Assembly (NCBI GenBank): GCA_963815195.1
Contig: CAWFGE010000015.1
Span: forward strand, 416,001-480,000
Reading direction: 5' to 3'
Source: an uncultured Planctomycetaceae bacterium
Lineage (GTDB): Bacteria; Planctomycetota; Planctomycetia; Planctomycetales; Planctomycetaceae
DNA: 64,000 bases
Part shown: positions 20,795-30,701 of the stretch, one piece after another
How the letters are laid out: every line of letters begins with the position of its first letter
Numbering within the stretch: the first letter of the stretch is position 1
Program-made: the position numbers and the translations under genes
The notes under the pieces: model-generated
Seen by the model: only the letters and a program-made list of their open reading frames with translations
What the model was told of the DNA's origin: nothing
Databases searched by the model: none

Positions 20795-21523
20795 ATGATT
20801 ACCGTCGCGGAATTCCATCACGTCAACCAATTGGCTCCCTTGGCGGGGGTCTGGAAGCGATTGCACGAACAGACGCCCGCAGCCTGCCCCGGCCAATCGT
20901 TGGAGGCGATCATGTCCCTCAAACTCGGCGACCACGCGAAACTCCGCGTGCTGCTGGGAATGCTCGGCGGCCGGCCGTTCGGGATCCTGCCGCTGAAAGT
21001 CGAGACCCGGCTGACCCAAGTCGGCCCGCTGCGGATTTTGTCCGGAGCAAGCGAACCGCAGTCGCCGTTTGCCGGTCCCGTCGGTCCTCACACGACCGCC
21101 ATGCTCACCGCGGCTTTCCGGCGGCTTTCCCGCACCCGCCGGGATTGGGACCTCATCGAATTCCATCAGGCCGATCCCACCGAAATGGAGCATCTCCGTT
21201 TGCAGAACGCCTTTCGCCTTGTGGGTTGGCGGTGCGATGTGCAGGCTTTCCAGTTGCCGTTTTCCGAGCGGGAGACGCATGCAAGTCCGTCCGGTTTTCG
21301 CTACACTCACGTGAGAACCTGGGCCCTGCGTGCGCGCTGGCTGCAAATGTGCGGACGCATCGGAACCTTTTGGAGACGAGACGAACCCGCGCCGGCGGCC
21401 CCCGTTCCCGAACAACCGTGCGGACTCCAACTTTATTCGCCTCAGCCTCATTTCACCTTCCCCACCCCTCGTCCCGCAGACTCCCATGAAAATCGCGCTC
21501 GCCACGGATCATGCCGGTTTTGA
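20795..21523 (+). CDS. Hypothetical protein resembling the N-terminal half of CelD/BcsL-type GNAT proteins
   Basis: MITVAEFHHVNQLAPLAGVWKRLHEQTP, GILPL, GPVGPH, RRDWDLIEF; the C-terminal GNAT half seems to be missing. Confidence 0.5.
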   Translation: MITVAEFHHVNQLAPLAGVWKRLHEQTPAACPGQSLEAIMSLKLGDHAKLRVLLGMLGGRPFGILPLKVETRLTQVGPLRILSGASEPQSPFAGPVGPHTTAMLTAAFRRLSRTRRDWDLIEFHQADPTEMEHLRLQNAFRLVGWRCDVQAFQLPFSERETHASPSGFRYTHVRTWALRARWLQMCGRIGTFWRRDEPAPAAPVPEQPCGLQLYSPQPHFTFPTPRPADSHENRARHGSCRF

Positions 21524-21920
21524 ATACAAGGAACTCATCCGCGAGCATCTGCGATCGCTGGGGCACGAAGTGGACGATCTGGGGACGAATTCGGCCGAGC
21601 GGGTGGATTACCCCGATTTCATCCGCCCCGCCGCGCTCGCCGTCGCCGGGGGCCGCTGCGAACGGGGGATCATTTTGGGCGGATCGGGAAACGGGGAAGC
21701 CATCGTCGCCAACCGCGTGCCGGGCATTCGCTGCGCGGTGTGCTGGAACGTGGAATCCGCCCGCTTCGCCCGGCTGCACAACGATGCCAACATGATTTCC
21801 CTCGGCCAGCGGATGATGACCGCCGAGACCGCCCTGGCGATTGTGGACACCTGGCTGGAAACCCCGTTTGAAGGCGGCCGGCACGAAGAACGCCTCCGCA
21901 AAATCGACGCCCCACATTGA
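21486..21920 (+). CDS. rpiB: Ribose-5-phosphate isomerase B
   Basis: MKIALATDHAG, VDYPD, GGSGNGE, ANRVPGIR, ARLHNDAN, FEGGRH. Confidence 0.96.
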   Translation: MKIALATDHAGFEYKELIREHLRSLGHEVDDLGTNSAERVDYPDFIRPAALAVAGGRCERGIILGGSGNGEAIVANRVPGIRCAVCWNVESARFARLHNDANMISLGQRMMTAETALAIVDTWLETPFEGGRHEERLRKIDAPH

Positions 21921-22014
21921 GCCAAGAGACGGAGAGCGCAGAGCCAATCCCCAATGCGCGCGGTGCCCAGTGGCATGGCCGGACAATTTACAAAGACAGT
22001 GCAAGGAGGAATCC

Positions 22015-23394
22015 ATGGATTCCGAACACGGGCTGCATGTGATGACCAAGCCCATCGGCCCGATCTGCAACCTGGACTGCGAATACTGCTATTACCTCCA
22101 CAAGGAAGAACTCTACCCCAAGGGCGAGCGGTGGCGGATGCCCGGCGAAACGCTTTCGGCCTACATCCGCCAATACATCGAAGCCCAGCCCCCGCACGCT
22201 GAGGAAATCACGTTCGCCTGGCAAGGCGGCGAACCGACGTTGTTGGGCGTCGAGTTCTTCGAGCACGCCGCCCGACTCCAACAACAATACCAACGCCCCG
22301 GCCAGAAAATCGTCAACACGCTGCAAACCAACGGCGTCCTCCTGGATGACCGCTGGTGCGAGTTTTTTCAGCGGCAGGGCTTTCTCATTGGCATTTCCCT
22401 CGACGGCCCCGCGGAACTGCACGACCATTACCGCTTCGACAAACAGGGCCGGGGCAGTTTCCAGGCGGTGCTCCGCGGACTCAAACTGCTCAAAAAACAT
22501 CAAGTCGATTTCAACGTGCTCGTGGTGGTCAACCGCGTGAACGCCGATCACGGCAAGCGCGTCTATACCTACCTCCGCGACAACGGGGCCGAGTTCTTGC
22601 AGTTCATTCCCCTCGTGGAAAAAATCGGCATCGGCAGCCACGCGGAGACTGAGCCCCCATCCCCCGAACCCATCACGGCCGAGACCGATCCGCTCTCGCT
22701 GGTAAGTTCCCGCAGCGTGAAGCCGGAGCAGTTCGGGGACTTCTTGATCGAGGTCTTTGGCGAATGGATCCGCCGGGATGTGGGCAAGGTCTTCGTGCAG
22801 ATTTTCGATCAGGCTTTGAGCGCGTGGGTGGGCCTCGAACCGTCCTTGTGCATCTTCCGCAAGCGGTGCGGGTCGGCGCTCGCGATGGAGCACAACGGCG
22901 ATCTTTACAGCTGCGACCATTTCGTCGAGCCGGGGTATCTTTTGGGGAACATCCACGACCGCCCCATTTCGGAACTCGCGAACTCCCCCAAACAACGGCA
23001 GTTTGGCGAGGCCAAGGAAACTTCGCTTCCGGAATACTGCAAGCGCTGCGAGGTGCGGTTCGTCTGCAACGGCGAATGCCCGAAGAACCGCATCCTCACG
23101 ACGCCCGCCGGCGAGCCGGGCCTCAATTACCTCTGCGCGGGCTACCGCAAGTTCTTCAATTTTATCGATCCCTTCATGAAAATGATGGCCGAGGAAGTCC
23201 GCCACGGCCGCCCCGCCGCCAACGTGATGAACGCCCTCAAAACCAGCCGCCCCGCCAAACCCCAGCCCGCCGCCGCCCCGCCGATGCAAACGGCCAAGAT
23301 TCGCCGAGCTCCGCCCGGCCAAACGGTCAGCCGCAACGAACCCTGCCCGTGCGGTTCCGGCAAGAAATACAAGAAATGCTGCCTCCCGCGTTAG
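22015..23394 (+). CDS. Anaerobic sulfatase maturase (radical SAM/SPASM) with C-terminal SEC-C motif
   Basis: CNLDCEYC, WQGGEPT, QTNG, YSCDHF, CKRC..CNGECPK, RNEPCPCGSGKKYKKCC; AAGGAGG RBS. Confidence 0.95.
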   Translation: MDSEHGLHVMTKPIGPICNLDCEYCYYLHKEELYPKGERWRMPGETLSAYIRQYIEAQPPHAEEITFAWQGGEPTLLGVEFFEHAARLQQQYQRPGQKIVNTLQTNGVLLDDRWCEFFQRQGFLIGISLDGPAELHDHYRFDKQGRGSFQAVLRGLKLLKKHQVDFNVLVVVNRVNADHGKRVYTYLRDNGAEFLQFIPLVEKIGIGSHAETEPPSPEPITAETDPLSLVSSRSVKPEQFGDFLIEVFGEWIRRDVGKVFVQIFDQALSAWVGLEPSLCIFRKRCGSALAMEHNGDLYSCDHFVEPGYLLGNIHDRPISELANSPKQRQFGEAKETSLPEYCKRCEVRFVCNGECPKNRILTTPAGEPGLNYLCAGYRKFFNFIDPFMKMMAEEVRHGRPAANVMNALKTSRPAKPQPAAAPPMQTAKIRRAPPGQTVSRNEPCPCGSGKKYKKCCLPR

Positions 23395-23448
23395 CGTCAA
23401 GGGATTTGGAAAGTTGCAACGCCTTGCTGTTTTTCCCCGCGTCTTTCC

Positions 23449-23475
23449 CTCGTTCCCAAGCAGGAGTTGGGAATG
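23449..23475. repeat. REP-like intergenic palindrome
   Basis: ctcgTTCCCAAgcaggagTTGGGAAtg hairpin downstream of the maturase. Confidence 0.45.
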
Positions 23476-23622
23476 CGGGCGAGAAGGACATCATTTTGGC
23501 AACGGACGGCTTCATGCGAGCATGCTCCTGCCAAGCGGAAACTCCTCCGGCTTGGTTTTGCTTTTCCCGAATCCGTGCTTTATGCTCGATGAATCGGGCG
23601 GTTTTTCGCGAGGGGGCTTCTG

Positions 23623-25962
23623 TTGTTTCAGTATTTTCTCAATCCCTGGATGTTGGCGGGGCTGTTGGGGCTGTCGCTGCCGATTCTCGCGCATTTGCTC
23701 AGCAAGAAACGCTACGACGTGGTGCATTGGGGGGCGATGCAGTTTTTGGAGCTGAACCCCAACGCGAAGCGGAAGCTCCGGCTCGAGCAACTGCTGTTGT
23801 TGTTGCTCAGGATCGCCTTGATCGCGTTGATCGTATTCGCCCTCGCCCGGCCTTGGGCTCAGGGCGGCGTGTTTTCGCACCTGGCCCCGGCCAACAGCCG
23901 CGACGTGGTTCTGATCGTGGACGGCTCTTACAGCATGGGCTGGGAAGGCGGTGCCGTCACCCCGCATCAGGCCGCCCTGCGCAAAGCCTCCGAGATTCTG
24001 GACGACCTGCACTCGGGCGACAGCGTGGGTTTGATCGACGCCCGCGACCAGGTGCGGGCCGTGATCGAAACGCCTTCCCGAGACTTCGCGTTTGTCCGCG
24101 ACCAGTTGGACAAGCTCCCGCCGCCTTCGGGGGCCGGCAATTTGCCCGCGGCGATTCACCGGGCGATCACCATGCTCTCCGCTACGACGAACCCGTCGCG
24201 GGAAGTCATCATCCTCACCGACGGGCAGGCGCTCGGCTGGAAAGCCGATGATGAAAATCTCTGGGCCCGCGTGGACGATCTTCGCCGGCAACTTCCCGTT
24301 CCGCCCCGCATCTGGGTCTGGGATGTGACGCGGCCCGAAGGCGAGGACAGCGCGTCCTCCGTTTCCCCGGCCGCCCGCACGAACTTCAGCGTGGATCGGC
24401 TCGCGCTGTCGCGGGAACTGACGGTCCCGGATTTCCCGATTCGCCTCAAAACCAAAATCCGTTATCACGCCGGCACGAAAAAATCGGCCGAGGCTCCCGA
24501 GGAAACGTCGCGAAACGTGTATTTGGAAGTGGACGGGCAACGGCTCCGCGAGAAGCAGCAGACCGTGCGCCTGAAGCCCGGCGGCGAAGCCAGCGTCGAG
24601 TTTGAATACCGGTTTCTCTCAGCGGGATCGCATGTGTTGTGCGCGGTGCTCGACGACGACAACCTGCCCGGCGACAACCGCGCGGAAGCCGCCGTCACCG
24701 TCGCGGAGGCGATTCCCGTGTTGTTGGTCGACGGCCATCCGGGATTGGATCCCACCAAGACGGAGACGTTCTTTTTGCAGGCGGCCCTCTCGCCGTCGCT
24801 GTTGGATCATCCTCTCGTCCAAGCGACGGTGGTGCCCTGGAACGCCTTCCAACCGAGCCAATTGGACAAACAGGCCGTCGTGATTCTGGCGGATGTCCCG
24901 CGGTTGACCGCGCCGCAGGCCGAAGCCCTGAAAACGTTTGCGTCCAAAGGCGGCGGGCTGTTGATGGCATTGGGCGACGGCGTGGATGCCGCGGCGTACA
25001 ACGAACATCTCTATGCGGACGGCGAAGGCTTGTTGCCCGCGAAGCTGTTGCAGATTCAAACGCCTCCCAAAAACGACGGCGAAGGCGTGAACGTGCAGGA
25101 TGCGAGTTTGGAACTCACGTGGCTCATGCCGTTCCGCCGGGCGAACGACGGGGAGTTCTACACGGTGCGGTTTGAAAAATGGTGGCTGGTTCTGCCGGCT
25201 CCCGCGAATGCGGGGAACGAGGACGCGTCCCTCGCGTCCACGCCGATCGTCGCGGCCCAGTTGGAGACGGGCGATCCGCTGCTTGTCACGCGGAAGTTCG
25301 GCAAGGGCAGCGTGATGCTCTTCACGTCGCCCTTCGATGCCGAGTCCCATTGGAACACGCTGGGCATCAGGCAGCACACCTTCGTGCCGCTGATTTACGA
25401 GATGGTGTTTCACCTGGCCTCGCCGGGCACGTCGCGGAACGTGGAAGCCGGCATGCCGCTGGTCGTGGAGGTTCCCGCGGATTTGAAGTTGGACGATTAC
25501 ATTTTCGCCGGCCCGGATGAAACCGAACATCCCCCCGCGCCGCAGCCCGCGGAAGATGGGCGGCGGTTCGTGCGGCTGAATGAAACGCAGCTTCCGGGCG
25601 TTTACACGTTCCGCCATAAGGTCAAGCCCCCGCCGCCCGCCGCGCTCGCGCCCGAATATTTCGTGGCGAACTTCGACCGCAGCGAATCCGACCTGACGCC
25701 GCTTTCCGAGGAAGAACAAAAGCGGTTGGAACAGGACGGCCGCACGACATTCGTCGCCGGTCTTTCCTACCTGATGGAGAACATGGTCGACGATTCCACG
25801 CGGGCGGAGTTGTTTCGGTATCTGATGATCCTGTTTCTCATCATTCTGGTCGGGGAAGTCGTGATGACCCGCCGGCTGGTGCAAGGCGGCCACATCGATG
25901 TGGACATCGAAACCGCCGCGGGCGAAGAGCAAGACCACGAACCCGCCCGCATGCCGGCTTGA
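23623..25962 (+). CDS. BatA-domain / vWA membrane protein
   Basis: FLNPWMLAGLLGLSLPILAHLL..WGAMQFL (BatA); MIDAS DGSYS; ILTDGQ; C-terminal TM. Confidence 0.9.
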   Translation: MFQYFLNPWMLAGLLGLSLPILAHLLSKKRYDVVHWGAMQFLELNPNAKRKLRLEQLLLLLLRIALIALIVFALARPWAQGGVFSHLAPANSRDVVLIVDGSYSMGWEGGAVTPHQAALRKASEILDDLHSGDSVGLIDARDQVRAVIETPSRDFAFVRDQLDKLPPPSGAGNLPAAIHRAITMLSATTNPSREVIILTDGQALGWKADDENLWARVDDLRRQLPVPPRIWVWDVTRPEGEDSASSVSPAARTNFSVDRLALSRELTVPDFPIRLKTKIRYHAGTKKSAEAPEETSRNVYLEVDGQRLREKQQTVRLKPGGEASVEFEYRFLSAGSHVLCAVLDDDNLPGDNRAEAAVTVAEAIPVLLVDGHPGLDPTKTETFFLQAALSPSLLDHPLVQATVVPWNAFQPSQLDKQAVVILADVPRLTAPQAEALKTFASKGGGLLMALGDGVDAAAYNEHLYADGEGLLPAKLLQIQTPPKNDGEGVNVQDASLELTWLMPFRRANDGEFYTVRFEKWWLVLPAPANAGNEDASLASTPIVAAQLETGDPLLVTRKFGKGSVMLFTSPFDAESHWNTLGIRQHTFVPLIYEMVFHLASPGTSRNVEAGMPLVVEVPADLKLDDYIFAGPDETEHPPAPQPAEDGRRFVRLNETQLPGVYTFRHKVKPPPPAALAPEYFVANFDRSESDLTPLSEEEQKRLEQDGRTTFVAGLSYLMENMVDDSTRAELFRYLMILFLIILVGEVVMTRRLVQGGHIDVDIETAAGEEQDHEPARMPA

Positions 25963-26140
25963 GATTTCCCTCGTCGAGTTTTTCTGGTGCAAATTCGAAG
26001 CACGAAATCCGAAATAGGCGCCTTAGGTCCAAGAATCAAGGATGCGGATTTCGTGCGAGTGGAATTTCTCGCTCCGATGCATTAAAATCCATTGATCCTT
26101 CCACCAAAATCTCGCCAGCTCCAAGTCGAAGATCTCGCCC

Positions 26141-29077
26141 ATGATCCGAATTTCCGTTTTCCTGGCCTGCGCGGTTTCCGTCCCACTTTTCTTTGCCTCG
26201 GCCTTGGCTGACGAACCCACGGCGGAAGGGCGGAAGTTTTTTGAATCGAAGATTCGGCCCGTGCTCGTCGAGCGATGCTATCAATGCCATTCCGCCGAGG
26301 CCGCCCGCAAAGGCAAGTTGGAGGGGAAACTGTTGCTCGACACGCGGGCGGGAATCCGAAAAGGCGGCGAAAGCGGGGCGGCCATCGTCCCCGGTCAAGT
26401 GAAAGAAAGCCTGCTGATTGCGGCCATTCGGCATGAGTCCTTTCAAATGCCGCCGGATACGAAACTGCCGGCCGATCTGATTGGCGACTTCGTCAAATGG
26501 GTGGAGATGGGCGCTCCCGATCCGCGGGATGGAAAAGTCACCCAACCGAAAAAACCTCAAATCGACATCGAGGCAGGCCGAAAGTTTTGGGCGTTCCGGC
26601 CATTAAAAGCCGCCAAGCCGCCGCAGGTCACTCAGGCGGATCGGATCCGCACCGATGCGGACCGCTTCATCCTGGCGGGTCTCGAAGAAAAAGGGTTGAC
26701 CCTCAACCCAGCAGCGGGCCGGCGGAGTTTGATTCGGCGGGTGTATTTCGATCTGTGGGGCTTGCCGCCCGACCCGGCCGCGGTGGAATCCTTCGTCCAT
26801 GATCCTTCGGAGAACGCCTACGAAGAGTTGATCGATCGGCTGTTGGCCGGGCCCAATTACGGAGAGCGCTGGGCTCGGCACTGGCTCGATTTGGCCCGCT
26901 TCGCGGAAAGCAACGGCTATGCTTTCGATAAAGATCGGCCGGCGGCCTTTCACTATCGCGACTTTGTGATCAAAGCCCTCAATGCCGATATGCCCTACGA
27001 TGAGTTCGTGCGGTTGCAAATCGCGGGGGATCAGATCAAGCCAAACGACGACATGGCCCAAGCCGCGACGGGGTTTCTGGCGGCGGGGCCGTTCACATCT
27101 CAGCAGACCCAAAAGGAACGCGAACGCAGCCGGTACGAGCAGCTCGATGACATCGTGGGCACGATCGGCACCTCCATGCTGGGATTGACGACCGGCTGTG
27201 CCCGCTGCCATGACCACAAGTTCGACCCGCTGCCCACTCACGATTACTACCGCTTCGCCGCGTGTTTTGCCGCCACGGGTTTTCAGGATTACGATTACGA
27301 TCCCGACCCGGAAGGCACAAAAGCCGCCCAGGCGAAATTCGACGAGGCCCACCAGCCCTTCGTCGATGCCCGCGTGAAATACGAGAAAGACCAACTGCCC
27401 GTCCAACTCGCCGAGTGGCTCAAGACCAACAGCGAACCGCCTCCGAGCGAAACACTGGGCCCTTGGCACGTCATGGGACCGTTCCCCGCCGGCGATTTCA
27501 AGAAAGCCTACAATCAAGCCTTTCCACCGGAGAAGAAGGTCGATCTCACCCAGACCATCGGCCAACTCAAATGGACGCCCCAACCCGCTTGGAAAGACGG
27601 TGAAGTTCATAACACGCTCACCGGCGAGAACAGTGCGAATTACTTGTACCGCACGATTGAAGTCCCAGAAGCGGGGCCGTTGAATCTCTCCCTGGGACGG
27701 GACGATGCCATCAAGGTCTTTCTGAACGGCAAAGCGGTTTTGGGCAAAGAAGTGACGGGCGGAGCGGCGGCGGATCAGGATCAAATCACGCTGCAACTCC
27801 AAGCCGGCCAGAATGAACTCCTACTGAAAATTGTGAATGCCTCGGGGCCGTCGGGGTTTTACTTCAGCACGAAACCCGCGATCCCCCAAAACATCCAAGA
27901 CATTTTCAACCTGGCGGAGGCCAAACGCAGTGACAAGCAAAAACAAGACTTGCTCAAATGGTTTGCCCCCCGTGATCCCGCGTGGGCCAAACTCAACCAG
28001 GCCGAGCAAGCGCATTTGAAGCAGAAACCTCAGCCCGACATCACCAAAATCTTCGCGGCCCGCAAAGATGGGGCGACCTACAATTTCGGCCCGGATACCC
28101 GCAAGGTGTATTTTCTCGCCCGCGGAAATTCCAACTCCAAGCAAGGGCCGGCTTCGCCGGGATTTCTCCGGGTGTTGATGGTGGACGACGGGATCGAACG
28201 AGGATGGCTCACCTCGGAAAGCACCGGTGCCAAAGCCGAGCCACTTCCCCCGCGGATTGCTTTGGGGAATTGGATTACGGATGACCAACAAGGTGCCGGG
28301 CATCTCTTGGCGCGGGTGATTGTCAATCGGCTTTGGCAGCATCACATGGGCCGGGGCATCGTGGCCACGCCCAGCGATTTCGGCAGTCAGGGGGCGAGAC
28401 CGACTCACCCCGAGTTGTTGGATTATCTGGCAACCGAGTTGATTCGCGGCGGTTGGAAACTCAAACCGATTCACAAATTGATCGTGATGAGCGCCGTGTA
28501 TCGCCAATCGGGTGAGGACGACCCGCACGCTGCCCAAGTCGATCCGGAAAACCATCTCTGGTGGCGCCGCGGCGCGATGCGACTGGAAGCCGAGGTCATT
28601 CGCGATACGTTGCTCGCCGTGAGTGGTTCGCTCGATCAAACCATGTTCGGCCAAGGTTCACTCGATCAAGAAAACCCCCGCCGCAGTGTTTATCTGACGG
28701 TGAAGCGCAGCAGCCTGATTCCGATTCTGCAACTCTTTGACGCCCCCGCAGCCATTCAGAGCACCGGCCATCGCAATGTGACCACCGTGCCGCCCCAGGC
28801 GCTGGCGATGATGAATTCGGCGTTCATCCGCGGGTTGGCCGAGAAATTCGCCAAGCGGGTCGAGCCCTCACCGGATGCCACGCCGGAACAAATCGTCGAG
28901 AATGCCTATGCCTTGGCTTTGTCGCGTTCGCCGACCGCTGAGGAAAAACGCCGCATGGTCGGTTTTCTGGAATCTCAAACCGCTTCCTACGGTGGAAACG
29001 CTCAGGGCAAGGCCCGTGCCGTAGCGGATTACTGCCAACTGATGTTCTGCCTGAACGAGTTTATTTTCATCGATTGA
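26141..29077 (+). CDS. PSD1 / planctomycete cytochrome c protein (DUF1549 + DUF1553) with inserted beta-sandwich domain
   Basis: CYQCH, YGERWARHWLDLARFAES, CARCHDHKFDP, ARVIVNRLWQHHMGRG, PTHPELLD, TTVPPQAL. Confidence 0.93.
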   Translation: MIRISVFLACAVSVPLFFASALADEPTAEGRKFFESKIRPVLVERCYQCHSAEAARKGKLEGKLLLDTRAGIRKGGESGAAIVPGQVKESLLIAAIRHESFQMPPDTKLPADLIGDFVKWVEMGAPDPRDGKVTQPKKPQIDIEAGRKFWAFRPLKAAKPPQVTQADRIRTDADRFILAGLEEKGLTLNPAAGRRSLIRRVYFDLWGLPPDPAAVESFVHDPSENAYEELIDRLLAGPNYGERWARHWLDLARFAESNGYAFDKDRPAAFHYRDFVIKALNADMPYDEFVRLQIAGDQIKPNDDMAQAATGFLAAGPFTSQQTQKERERSRYEQLDDIVGTIGTSMLGLTTGCARCHDHKFDPLPTHDYYRFAACFAATGFQDYDYDPDPEGTKAAQAKFDEAHQPFVDARVKYEKDQLPVQLAEWLKTNSEPPPSETLGPWHVMGPFPAGDFKKAYNQAFPPEKKVDLTQTIGQLKWTPQPAWKDGEVHNTLTGENSANYLYRTIEVPEAGPLNLSLGRDDAIKVFLNGKAVLGKEVTGGAAADQDQITLQLQAGQNELLLKIVNASGPSGFYFSTKPAIPQNIQDIFNLAEAKRSDKQKQDLLKWFAPRDPAWAKLNQAEQAHLKQKPQPDITKIFAARKDGATYNFGPDTRKVYFLARGNSNSKQGPASPGFLRVLMVDDGIERGWLTSESTGAKAEPLPPRIALGNWITDDQQGAGHLLARVIVNRLWQHHMGRGIVATPSDFGSQGARPTHPELLDYLATELIRGGWKLKPIHKLIVMSAVYRQSGEDDPHAAQVDPENHLWWRRGAMRLEAEVIRDTLLAVSGSLDQTMFGQGSLDQENPRRSVYLTVKRSSLIPILQLFDAPAAIQSTGHRNVTTVPPQALAMMNSAFIRGLAEKFAKRVEPSPDATPEQIVENAYALALSRSPTAEEKRRMVGFLESQTASYGGNAQGKARAVADYCQLMFCLNEFIFID

Positions 29078-29101
29078 CTGCTCATTTCGGATACCAATCT
29101 C

Positions 29102-30547
29102 ATGCCGCAATCGACGTTTGATTTTCAGGCCCGGCGTTCCTTTTTGAAGCATGCGGGGCTGGGGTGCGGAAGCCTCGCCTTGACGAGTTTGCTGAACGAG
29201 GAAGGGTTGCTTTCGCCCGCCGCTGCCCGATCGCCGGGTTTGATGCAACCGCAAGCCCCGCATTTTGCTCCCCAGGCAAAGGCGGTGATTTGGCTGTTTA
29301 TGCCCGGCAGCCCATCGCAAGTGGACACCTTCGATTACAAACCCGAGCTGCAAAAACGCGATGGGACAAAGCTGGACGGGGCCGATCCCAAAACGGGCTT
29401 CTTCACCACCAGCGGAAAATGCCTCAAGTCGCCTTTCCGATTTCAGCAGCATGGCTTATCGGGGGCGTGGGTTTCGGAGATCTTCCCGCACATGTCCCGG
29501 CATGTGGACAAGATGGCCTTGCTTTACTCTTGCTACTCCCAATCCAACAATCACACCCCGGCCATGCTGGAGATGAACTCCGGCATGTTTTTGCAAGGTC
29601 GTCCGTGCGTCGGTTCGTGGGTCACATACGGCTTGGGCAGCGAGAATCAAAACCTGCCGGGCTTTGTGGTCCTGCATGGGGCGATGCCCCGCGGCGGCAA
29701 GCCGATCTGGTCGCCGGGCTTTTTGCCGAAAGCGTATCAGCCGACGGCAATCGATGGCCGCAATCAAACGCCTATCGCCGATTTGGCCCGCCCTCAAGGC
29801 ATGACGGAACAACAACAGCGGGCTCAGCTCGACATCCTCAAGGCGATGAACCAAAAGCACCAACAGCTCAGGCCCCACGAAGCCGACCTCGCCGCCCGGT
29901 TGGAATCCTTCGAGTTGGCTTACCGCATGCAAACCGCCGCACCGGAAGCGATGGATATCAGCCAAGAATCCCAAGCGACCCAAAAAGCCTACGGCGTGGA
30001 TCAGAATGAGACCGAACTCGTCGCCAAACAGTGCATCACGGCTCGGCGGCTCATCGAACGCGGGGTGCGGTTCGTGCAATTGTACGCGGGCACCAACGGG
30101 GGCGGTGGTGGTGTGGCGGATGTTCCGTGGGATGGTCACAACGACATCGGCGGGAACCACCGCATTGCCGCCAAAAGCGTCGATCAACCCATTGGGGCCT
30201 TGCTCGCCGATTTGGAGTCCCGCGGTCTACTGCAAGAGACCCTGGTGGTTTGGGGCGGCGAGTTCGGCCGGACATCCGATTCCCAAGGCAGCAAGGGCCG
30301 CGATCACAATCCCCACGCTTTCACGATGTGGATGGCCGGCGGCGGCATCCGGGGCGGCATCCAATACGGAGCGAGTGATGAGTTCGGTTACAAGGCCGTG
30401 GAGAATCGCATCGGCGTCAACGACCTTCACGCCACGATCTTGCATTTATTGGGTATCGATCACGAGCGTTTGACCTACCGCTTCAATGGTCGGGATTATC
30501 GCTTGACCGATGTCGCCGGCCGCGTGATCTCGGAAATCCTGGCCTAG
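29102..30547 (+). CDS. DUF1501 domain protein (Tat-type signal)
   Basis: RRSFLK, AKAVIWLFMPGSPSQVDTFDYKP, GEFGRT, GRDHNP, DLHATILHLLGIDH. Confidence 0.93.
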   Translation: MPQSTFDFQARRSFLKHAGLGCGSLALTSLLNEEGLLSPAAARSPGLMQPQAPHFAPQAKAVIWLFMPGSPSQVDTFDYKPELQKRDGTKLDGADPKTGFFTTSGKCLKSPFRFQQHGLSGAWVSEIFPHMSRHVDKMALLYSCYSQSNNHTPAMLEMNSGMFLQGRPCVGSWVTYGLGSENQNLPGFVVLHGAMPRGGKPIWSPGFLPKAYQPTAIDGRNQTPIADLARPQGMTEQQQRAQLDILKAMNQKHQQLRPHEADLAARLESFELAYRMQTAAPEAMDISQESQATQKAYGVDQNETELVAKQCITARRLIERGVRFVQLYAGTNGGGGGVADVPWDGHNDIGGNHRIAAKSVDQPIGALLADLESRGLLQETLVVWGGEFGRTSDSQGSKGRDHNPHAFTMWMAGGGIRGGIQYGASDEFGYKAVENRIGVNDLHATILHLLGIDHERLTYRFNGRDYRLTDVAGRVISEILA

Positions 30548-30701
30548 TTCTGCCCATCACCGCAAACCCTAGCACTTCTATGCGCACTTCCCGCGTGATG
30601 TGGAACCGCAAGTATGTTGCATCTCATCCGGCGGCCAATGGGCTGTTTCCTTTCGCAGGAACGCAGCCCATGTCGAGCAGAAATTGTGAAACGTCCGCCC
30701 G

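Noticed and set aside
21988..23400. 470-aa minus-strand ORF and similar long antisense ORFs (11283-12653, 19341-20534, 24619-25992, 26603-27802, 35880-37166)
   Set aside because: They mirror well-supported genes on the opposite strand and have no recognisable motifs.
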